A stretch of 63,391 bases of DNA, counting the filler, from Aduncisulcus paluster (taxonomy: Eukaryota): the NCBI GenBank assembly GCA_024181965.1. It is 6 parts of 6 records of this genome, joined end to end, with 100 filler letters (N's around TTAATTAATTAA, not from the genome) between each part and the next. Parts side by side here need not be neighbours in the genome. Positions count along the whole stretch, not along the records: positions 25,000 to 50,059 come from BQXS01012534.1; 5 more parts are not named here. One strand, 5' to 3'. Shown here one piece after another: positions 34,112 through 44,600 of the stretch (its first letter is position 1; every line of letters begins with the position of its first letter). Under the pieces are notes generated by a model. The model had not been told where the DNA came from and did not search any database. It worked only from the letters and a program-made list of their open reading frames with translations. The position numbers were made by a program, and so were the translations under genes.

Positions 34112-37100
34112 TTACACCAATCTTTCCCTTTCAGCAAAATTGGAATCCTTTTTCTTTTTGATAACACAAAAAATAACCCATCCAATAATAAGAAGAATTG
34201 ATATTCCGATTGGAATAAACCAGTAATAGTTCATTTGGTTGACACAAGTATACCGCTTGTTAAAAGTAAAGTGATCTTTACAGACACAAGTATTAAGTGA
34301 AATATCTCGACTATACCCATTAATATTCTCATAAGATGTCTTAACAACCTTTGCAGACTTGGTACAATCACACTGATAGGAACTTGGAGAGCAAGTCCCC
34401 GACCCACATCTCTGAGCCTCATCAATAGAATAGTTGTCATTATCCCCATTGACATAACAACCACATGAAAAACTAATGCTATGATTGGAATCATCACTTG
34501 CAACACATATAGACCCAATTGCATCACAAATATGGCAAGTATTATCTGTACTTTTAACACAACGCTGATTTTCAACATGGAGACCATAACCCAAACGACA
34601 TTGAACCATTCCCAGGTGACAAATTGAATTGTTTGTAACGATATCAGCATCTATCACATCTCCACTGCATGTTGGACACCTTATTGAATCCGCAACAATG
34701 ACTAATGACTCGGACAGACAAGCTGTATTATTAGGATGTTTCGAACAATATTCAAGCTTGACAAACCTTAAAAGATCAGCGGAAGATTTTGCACAGATTG
34801 GATTGGAGGATAAATTGATATTTATGAGGTTTGGAAGATATAAAATGGGTGTATAATCATCAATATTGTTGGAGGAAAGATCAAGAAAGGTGAGAGATGT
34901 CATAAACTCAAGCCCTCGAAGGGAGTTGATTGAAAGATTAGAGAGATCAAGATGGCCAGGAGAAGATGAATTTATATCCGAAGCAGAGAGGTTTCGTAAT
35001 TGATCGACTCGAATGAAACAGTCTTTCGAGTTTCTAAACACATACTCGCACAGATACTCGCGGAGATGACGATCATGCACAGTTTGACAGTNNNNNNNNN
35101 NNNNNNNNNNNCTCTATGATTTTTGGAGTCACATCCTTCATAAAACATAAGTCCAAGAAGAAATTTAATTTGGAATTGACATCGGAGAGAACTCAATTGA
35201 TTTAAAGCAATAAGAAACTTCATTACCTTGCAAATTATTGCTATAAAAAGGGAGAGGAGAAATATTCAATCCAAAAAAAACCATCGAGAAAGAGACCGAA
35301 ATTTGAAATACAAACATGGAAATTGCACTAAATAAACAGACACCAACTAAAAAATAACAACAATTAACATCAAATCAATAATCATGACCGTAACTAGCTT
35401 ATTTGGATCATCGTACCTATGCCAAAGAATTTACGAACAAAACAAAACAAACAAACAAACAAACAAACAAAAAAAAAGACATGAATATTTGGAGTAAGAA
35501 TTTTATAATTGATTCATAAGAACNNNNNNNNNNNNNNNNNNNNCTCGGACAGACAAGCTGTATTATTAGGATGTTTCGAACAATATTCAAGCTTGACAAA
35601 CCTTAAAAGATCAGCGGAAGATTTTGCACAGATTGGATTGGAGGATAAATTGATATTTATGAGGTTTGGAAGATATAAAATGGGTGTATAATCATCAATA
35701 TTGTTGGAGGAAAGATCAAGAAAGGTGAGAGATGTCATAAACTCAAGCCCTCGAAGGGAGTTGATTGAAAGATTAGAGAGATCAAGATGGCCAGGAGAAG
35801 ATGAATTTATATCCGAAGCAGAGAGGTTTCGTAATTGATCGACTCGAATGAAACAGTCTTTCGAGTTTCTAAACACATACTCGCACAGATACTCGCGGAG
35901 ATGACGATCATGCACAGTTTGACAGTAATCCCACGAATTTTCATCAATATCTTTCGATTTCACATATTTGGATATTTGTGAACAAAAATGAGAACTACCG
36001 GTTTCACTCCAAAAATGGTTATTAAAAATATTGATTTCACCCTTAGAATCATCAGAAGTTGTATTTTGATTCATGTACATACTATCGTCTCCAATATTAG
36101 GAAAAACTCCTTTTCCAGCAGAAGGATGAAGGAACTCTTGGATTTTCACATTGTCGATATCATTGTTAATGAAGAAATAATTATAATTTGCGTTAATATA
36201 TTGCAAATTATCCAAATAAAACAAACCACTTATGTCATCCATTTCACAATAAAAGATTGACAAAGTAGTGAGCAAATTGAGATCAAAAAATGGATATGAA
36301 GTACCAACGTCCAACATATCAAGATGTAATTCAACGAGGTGGTCTTTTCCAAGCAATGCATCAGCATCAAAACTATTCATTAAGTAGATTGAATATAAAG
36401 TATCTGATAAATTCAAATACTCAAGAGAAGGAAGAAAATTGATCAAATCGCCGCTGGAATTAAGCCATGAAGAATTAGCATCAAAATGCTTAAGAACAGA
36501 TAAATTACTAAGATTTGTAAGTTCCAAAACTGAATAACTGGTCATATGAGCAAGATATAGCTCTTCCAAATTCGGAAATCCTGATAAAAAGGCAGTGTTG
36601 TGATAATAGTAATCCCCACTCACACTGAAAGATTTCATATAAAGACCAGGAGATGAATCAAGTTCAGTGATCCATTGATAATAATTATCTCCATATTCCA
36701 CTGAAAAAGTTTCCAAATTCTTCCAAACCCGAGCCACGTCATATACCAGTTCATAAGCCAAGGACAATCGACAATCAATATTGAGAGAAGATAAATTTGG
36801 CATATTTAGAAGAGGATCAATTGCAATGGAGAGAATATTGCCTTCATTGTAGTCAGGATCATGGTTTTCTCTGTTAACACAGGATGATAAATCAAGATCT
36901 GTAATATTTGATAAGTTTTCAATTCCACTCATATCAGATATCATACTGGAAGAGAGGTCTAAGAATCCATCATCTCCAGAAAATGAATTCAGAGTACTCT
37001 CAGTGAGATCACACGTGCCATACTGACCATAGATAATCTCACAGAGTTTCATGCGAAGCCTGACATCTGGAATATCAACAGAATATGAACATTGGGGCCC

Positions 37101-38801
37101 ATATTTCCCATTGACACATCTCCAGAATGGATAAAGTGAGTTGTCTGATATGACACACGATTTCATGGGATACTTTCCAAGACATATATTATTCGGCTGA
37201 TCAGAACAGATAATGTCATCCGAATCAGAAGTAATGTAATACCCGTAGGCACAATCAAGAAGATAATCATCTTCTTCACGACGGCACACAACATGTGAAT
37301 CCAGAGGCATGGTCGCACTTTCAGTTCCACATTGAGTTGTTCCACCAATGTTCTCCACCTGGATTGTGATGTCCGTCTGGGTGAACATAGAGGTGAGGGA
37401 AGCCACTGTAAAGGTTGTAGGATCAATTGGATTGTTCGATAGATTAAGATTCTCGAGATTAGATAACTCAAAAAGAGGGAAAACATCAGACACTTGGTTA
37501 TCACTGATATCGATGGAAGTCAGAGTAACGAGATATCTCAAGGGTTCAATGTCTTCAATGTTATGGCCAGACACAGTTATGGAGGTGAGACCAACATATT
37601 CATTGGATACATATGAAAGAGCATATTCAATTCCTCTCAGGGAACTGATTATGTCAGTCTCATCGAATTGATCAGGATTATCAGTAATAATGGCATTGAC
37701 ATCCAAATCACCAGAGAGTTGTCGCATATCAGTAACAGATATGAACGAATCAACATTATCATTCCCAAGAGCAATGTTAATGACTTTTCGCAGAGTCGCA
37801 TCATGGATAGTATGACATACAAAACTAGAAGAATCAAGAGGGTCTTCTTCACGAAGAGAAATGTATGAACACTCCTTGGAACCTGGAATATTCCCAGTGC
37901 CATTCCAAGAGTAGGGGTTATACACCTCATTGTGGACAATGGAAGGACACAATGGATCAGTTGGGTCACATTGACCACTATCATCCAAGGTTTCGAGTGA
38001 ACAGGATATAGAGCTCAAAGAAGAAGAAAGATTGTTAAATATTCCAGTTGTTCCTATTAAATACGAAACAAATTCTGTTTCTTCTTCAGAATAACATAAA
38101 TAACCACCCTCGAGATTGAATTGAGCTGTTACATTCTTATATACAGGGGATATATCAAATATAGAAGAATAACGGATTCCAAGAATTGATATGTTATGTG
38201 AAAAATACAAAGAATGAAGGTTCAAATAGCTGAGTGGGTTAAGATCGGCACTGAGACTTAACATCAGGTAAAACTCGTCAAGATTATTCAGACCAAAAAA
38301 GGCATTGTCACCAACAGATGTCATACAATAGGGTTGAATCGCCAACTTATAAAAGTTGGGAAGCTGAGCCAGGAGTTGAAAATCGAACACAGTAGAGACA
38401 CAGCTAAGCCACCCAAAACTCAAAAGATATTCAATACCTTTCAAAGAAGAGAGCGGACAATATGGATCATCAAAATTTAAATGATAAACGTCTGAATTGT
38501 TCAGTTCTGAAAGAGACAAATCACACAAACTTTCATCTCCTCGAATAGATTTACACATATTGCTCCTCAAACAAGGATCTGGGATATCTATTTGATAATT
38601 TTTTTCCGTCGATGACATGAATGTTTCCTTTGAACTCACTGTTGATAACATTTCCATCGAAGAAGCTGATTCAAGCATAATCAAAAGAAAAATTATTATA
38701 ATTGATTTTGAAAAATACATTTGCAGAAAAATTACCAAGAATAAAATTATATTTCTTGTTTCACCATCAAGAATTGAAAGTGTTTCTATTTCCGAGAGCA
38801 T
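34112..38801 (-). CDS. LRR + Cys-rich/EGF-like type I membrane protein (one gene broken by gaps)
   Basis: Signal-like N-terminus, internalin-like LRRs (LTSIDISDNQVSDV), Cys-rich stalk, TM helix WFIPIGISILLIIGWVIFCVI and tail ending ERERLV. About 34710-35091 overlaps 35544-35926; 35112-35523 is a misplaced copy of ~41214-41622. Confidence 0.85.
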
Positions 38802-39139
38802 TTATTCCCTTCAAATACAAAACAACAAATTCTAACTTTTATTGTTTATAACATTGATTACATTTTTTTTTTATTCTAATACTCCATTAAATTTGAGACT
38901 TAGACGCAATCATGAATATCTCCTTCCAAGAGGAATAAAAAGGCAATATAGTAAACAAATCAAATGTTAAAGAAACAATCATGATTGATTTTATGCTCAT
39001 AGATAACATAATGAATGAATAATGATATGTGTTTTGAAATGTTATGTTTTCAAGTTTTGCTTCATCCTATTACTATTAAATTATATTTTCTTTTATTATT
39101 ATTAGTTATTCATAAAATATTCTGTATTAATCGGTCAAA

Positions 39140-41308
39140 ATGAATCCAAATGGTTCTCCTCTACAATCTCCAAGAATATTTTGGACCGTTAATTTTTTTT
39201 TTGTTTTCTTTTTCATATCTTGTATTAATCCGGATCCATTTCAAGTTTTTATTCCATCGCCAGAAATGCGCGAGCAACTTTGTTATATTTCATCCCAATA
39301 TGCATGGTTTCGACTCTGTGATATTTCGCAGTATGAAATAGCAGCCATCACAGATACTTTGGACAATTCTAATGAAACAATTCCCCTTGATCTTGAATCT
39401 CTTCAATATTTTTTAAGTGGTCCAGAAATATTAGGAGAAAATACTCAAATTTCGAATATTCAGCCACTTTCCAACTTAACTCAGCTTTATCTCCTGAACA
39501 TTCAACTTTCTTCACCATATTATTCTCCTCATACCCTCACAAATATGTCTGATCTTCAAAACCTCTCTCGGTTTGCCCAAGTTTACATTGGAGGTGGAAG
39601 CCTACTGAATGACATCTCTTCTCTTTATCGCAATGTTGGGATGTATGAACTACGAACTGCCGCTATATCCTCTATTTCAACCGAATTCTCAACTTCGTAC
39701 CTGTCTTCACCAATATGTCGTGCAGAATCTGATGCTGAATTCTATTCCTTCCTCCATGAAGTATTTCCTGCTCATTATTATTCTAATTCAAGCGATTTAA
39801 ATCCATTGTTTCTGTACAATAGTTGTCCCATTGGAAGTAATTCATGCGCTGGGGTTGCTGATTGTCCATATATCACTCGCAATGAAATTTATAACAATAA
39901 TGTATCCCCTCCTCAAAAACAATGCTCGTCTATTGCCAAAACAGATTATCTTAATGATGATCTGATCTGTTACACTGTCCATGATGACAACGTCCGTTCC
40001 TATATCATTGACACTTACCCTGATATCGCTGAGTCCACAGGCATGATCTCTGTTGCTTCTATTCGTTCTACTGTGTCTGGATCTCTCAATTTATCCACAG
40101 ATGTAATCACTCCCTATGGCAATGTATCATCTCTCCAAGGTCTCGAGTATGCCACTGGTCTGACAGAGTTGAATCTCGATGGATATGATCTGAGTGGAAG
40201 TGATAGTGTGAGTGCGTATGACCAATTGGTTGTCAGAATCCTTTCCAAAGCTGTTACTTACTCAAATTCATTTGGTAATATTGACACTGGTCTTACTTTG
40301 CTATCTGTGAGTGGGTGTGGATTAGAATATATCGAAGATGTACTTGATTTCACTCCCATTCATGCTGATGATCCAACGACACAACGATTCAAGCTGAATT
40401 ATCTTGATATCTCAGACAATTCGATCTCTGATGTGTCCATTCTGATTGATACAGACATGATATGGACGAGTGTTCCTTGGACTCTTAAGCTCAACAACAA
40501 TAACATATGTGACATTGAAGGTGTTGTTTCATCCTTGAAGTCTAAATACCCACAACTAATGATTCTTGAACCATATGATAACCAGACATGTATGTGTCCT
40601 GATGATAATGTATCGAGCAGTCTGTTTCAACGATGCAGAGAATTGTATCCAGATGAGTGGATTGTTGACTGCTGGAAAGGGTATTATTATGATTCAGACA
40701 ATAGTTCATGTGTTGAGGCTATCATTGCAGACCATGAGAATGAGATCACAACTTGTCAGTTATGTGAACAAAATCAATCCCTGATAGCAACCAAAAAGAA
40801 CTCTTCTGTTTCCTGTGAATGTTATTCTGAGGGCAAGATAGGTCCCACTTGTCAATTGGAATGTCCAGATTGTCAAAATGGAGAGTGTGCTTTTTCGTAT
40901 ACACTTGATCAAGCGGTCTGTGATTGTCCTGGATTTGTTGGTGAGTTGTGTCAGTATGAATGCCCCAATTGTGAACAAGGTTCATCTTGTGTGCTCTCTG
41001 AGAGCCTTGACCAGGCAGTGTGTCAATGTCCTCAGGACTACGTTGGTGATCTGTGTCAATATGATTGTACGGATTATTGTATCCACGGAAAATGTGAATA
41101 TTCAGAACAGTGGTTTTTAACCTGTTCGTGCTATTCAAATTACTATGGTACGCAATGTAACCACAATATTTCTTTATTGGTTTTTTCCTGTGTAGTTGGT
41201 CTTCTTTTCCTCATCTCTATGATTTTTGGAGTCACATCCTTCATAAAACATAAGTCCAAGAAGAAATTTAATTTGGAATTGACATCGGAGAGAACTCAAT
41301 TGATTTAA
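39140..41308 (+). CDS. LRR + EGF-repeat type I membrane protein
   Basis: Signal peptide, LRRs, three EGF-like C..C.NG.C...C.CP..FVG.LC repeats, TM helix and tail ending ERTQLI; paralogous to the divergent neighbour. Confidence 0.9.
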   Translation: MNPNGSPLQSPRIFWTVNFFFVFFFISCINPDPFQVFIPSPEMREQLCYISSQYAWFRLCDISQYEIAAITDTLDNSNETIPLDLESLQYFLSGPEILGENTQISNIQPLSNLTQLYLLNIQLSSPYYSPHTLTNMSDLQNLSRFAQVYIGGGSLLNDISSLYRNVGMYELRTAAISSISTEFSTSYLSSPICRAESDAEFYSFLHEVFPAHYYSNSSDLNPLFLYNSCPIGSNSCAGVADCPYITRNEIYNNNVSPPQKQCSSIAKTDYLNDDLICYTVHDDNVRSYIIDTYPDIAESTGMISVASIRSTVSGSLNLSTDVITPYGNVSSLQGLEYATGLTELNLDGYDLSGSDSVSAYDQLVVRILSKAVTYSNSFGNIDTGLTLLSVSGCGLEYIEDVLDFTPIHADDPTTQRFKLNYLDISDNSISDVSILIDTDMIWTSVPWTLKLNNNNICDIEGVVSSLKSKYPQLMILEPYDNQTCMCPDDNVSSSLFQRCRELYPDEWIVDCWKGYYYDSDNSSCVEAIIADHENEITTCQLCEQNQSLIATKKNSSVSCECYSEGKIGPTCQLECPDCQNGECAFSYTLDQAVCDCPGFVGELCQYECPNCEQGSSCVLSESLDQAVCQCPQDYVGDLCQYDCTDYCIHGKCEYSEQWFLTCSCYSNYYGTQCNHNISLLVFSCVVGLLFLISMIFGVTSFIKHKSKKKFNLELTSERTQLI

Positions 41309-41613
41309 AGCAATAAGAAACTTCATTACCTTGCAAATTATTGCTATAAAAAGGGAGAGGAGAAATATTCAATCCAAAAAAAACCATCGAGAAAGAGACC
41401 GAAATTTGAAATACAAACATGGAAATTGCACTAAATAAACAGACACCGACTAAAAAATAACAACAATTAACATCAAATCAATAATCATGACCGTAACTAG
41501 CTTATTTGGATCATCGTACCTATGCCAAAGAATTTACGAACAAAACACAAACAAACAAACAAACAAACAAAAAAAAAGACATGAATATTTGGAGTAAGAA
41601 TTTTATAATTGAT

Positions 41614-44600
41614 TCATAAGAACCATTTCTGTCCAAGTATCTGAATGGCTGAAGGTCTATCCTGTGGGGATGGACTGGCACATGCGTCACATATGGAACA
41701 CACTTCCTCAGGCATTGACACATCCTTCAGGATATCAAACACACCACGAACAAGGATACCAAATGAGAACATATCACTGGCAGGAGAAGGATGTGGATGC
41801 CGATGCTGTTTAAACTCAAGCTCAATTTCAGGTGCAATGAATGATCGAGTCCCGATTCGCATTGTTTGACTCAACAATCCAATAGAACGCTCACCGCAGT
41901 CAGCTGCTCCCTCAAAGTCACACAAAAGACCATTGCCTTGATCATCGATCAACACATTCTGAGGTTTCAGATCACAGTGTACAATGTGACGCTGATGCAG
42001 GAATGACAGTGCATGGAGAATACATTTCAACACTTTCTGCACACTGGCTACACTTGGAGAGAAACGCGTAATCCATGTTGTCATATCTCCACGGGAATAA
42101 TAAGGAAATACTAAATAAGCACCACTCTTTGATATGTTGAAAACATGTTCATCATAGAAAACACAGAGCAAAGGCACAATATAAGGACAACCACGATAAA
42201 TACGCGCAGAGAAAGCAGATCGAATCAAATTTCGATATGATTTTGGCAAATGCGAACCCTCAGAAGTTTTTGAAATTGGAAGATCAAAAAATTTAAGAAT
42301 CACCTTCATTTTAGTTGTTTCTTTGTCTTTCTGAGTTCCCTCTTCAATTGACCGATCCCATTCGGCGGTAAAAATATTCCCTGCATTCAGAAATGATGTT
42401 TGAATACAATCATCCTGTTGACAAATGTCCAATGGAGCCCCACCTCTGACTTTGTCTTTCTGAGTTCCCTCTTCAATTGACCGATCCCATTCGGCGGTAA
42501 AAATATTCCCTGCATTCAGAAATGATGTTTGAATACAATCATCCTGTTGACAAATGTCCAATGGAGCCCCACCTCTGAGTTCAGAGATATTTTGAAACAT
42601 TCCAAGAGCTACTCCTGAACTAAATATTACAGGCATTGGACTATCACCTCCTTGAGATGCTATATCACCTATCCCATCAGGTTGTTTTGATATTGGAGAT
42701 AAAGTTGAAGAGGATATGTCAAGTTGAGTCGGGATAGTAAATCCAACAGAAGCAAGAATATTGGCATGGAGTTGTAAAGTGACACATCGTAAATATCGTT
42801 TCTTCATCTCTTTTCGAATTCCGGAAATATTTTTTTCATAAAGTTGAACATTTTTCTTCATCAAAGAGATATTTTTCAGAATGGAATCTTCTGTATCCGG
42901 TTCAGCAATCTCAACACTATCGATGATATCAAATTCAAAAATATTCTTGGGAATTTCATCCGACAATGAAGAATCAGATATTCTATCAAAGCTTGAAGAA
43001 GAAGCTCCAGGAACAGAAGAACGTAGACGAGAAAGACGAAGTTCTTGGGTTGAAACATCTTCGTGAACACCATTTAATTTGATTCGATTCTTTCGCATCA
43101 ACCTCTTGAGAACATCCATCTCATTGTTAATTCCCTCCAATTCAACCTCACTATTCTCAACCTCACGAACACTGGGAAGATACCCCCGAAGCTCATGAAC
43201 ACGCAGCACACACAAACACAATGCTTCATGGAACTCACACACAATGGCAATGTAGACACTTAGCATGTCCAGCACAGATGACAGCGTGGAGATGATATCT
43301 TCTGCAACAAACTCATCCGAGGGATAAGCACAAGAACACATAAACACACCATCAAGACACAGAAGCTTGGAAAGATCATTCAAACATGCCGATTCATCAT
43401 CACATTGCTTTTCCACATGTTCTTCAGCGTCAATAAGACTTGCATTCTTGATGAAGGCATCATCACACTTCTTGCCTTCAACACGACACTGAAGACTCGA
43501 CATTATAGAATCTGTGGAAGAACCTTGAGATACACATTTGGAAACATGGATAGAGATGAGCTGATACAATTTGAATAGAGATGAATAGAGTGAAGTCATT
43601 GTGTTTGAATATTTGACATCAAAGCCAAGTATTTTTGATTTCGAACTTGAAGCAAGTTTTTTTCCAAGAATACAGGTCAAACGAGTGTGTATAGCAGAAA
43701 TACTTGAAGAAGAATTGGCAGAAGAGTCGAAAACTGAAACTCTTGGTGTTGCCATGGATGAAGTGGAAATTTTGCTGGATGGAGATGTTGAAGTGAACAT
43801 GGTTGAACAAACCATTTTTGAAAGTGAATCGAACACATTATTTGATAAACAAGAATCGTCTGAATCAATATCCTTCAAATCTCTATCAATTTCTATTCCT
43901 TCATCAGTAGTTCCAGGCTTTTTTATATCAATGGATGAACAACCAAAACTATCAAGAAGGTCGGTCACAGAATCACAAAAAGATGAAATATCTGAACTCC
44001 AGCCTTCCATTTCAAATCTACGAAAATCAAGGCCATTTGAAGAGGAAATTCTATTGAAACCAACAGATGAAGAGTGAAATTTTGATGAACTTGATACAAA
44101 TTGTTGAATAGATTGCATCAATTCTGGAGATATTTTTATCTCTTTCATTAGCAAAGCAGATGGTGTTGGACACGAAAGAGGATCACCCGTCAATAGTGTT
44201 GATAAGCATGGAACAATTGCTTGGATGCACCCGTCTCCAAATTCTATCACCTTTTGAACAAGATCAGTAGCCACCTTTTTCGATACTAATGTTCCTAAGG
44301 ATTCTAGTTTATGAATACGATTCATTATTGAAGATACACTAGGGATACAAGGGACAGAAGAAATACATTCTGATATAACTGAATGTGGGGAAATACCATG
44401 TTCAGAATCAGCGAGAAGATCACAAGAACCATCTTCAAGTTGAGACGGAAATATCAGTTGTATCAACGTGTGAATATTATCAGGAGGACAATCAATTGAA
44501 CAGAGCCTTCCACTTCCTTGCAAACACTTCTTCATGATACCACCCAATCTTAAAATATTTAAATTAACATCAAACTCTTTTGAGAACTCCGCTGAAGACG

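Noticed and set aside
35112..35523. Second copy of the LRR-EGF gene end and kinase gene end
   Set aside because: Gap-bounded duplicate of ~41214-41622; assembly artefact.
42321..42578. 43-aa repeat as a genuine kinase feature
   Set aside because: The copies are identical and duplicate subdomain I, so an assembly artefact is more probable.
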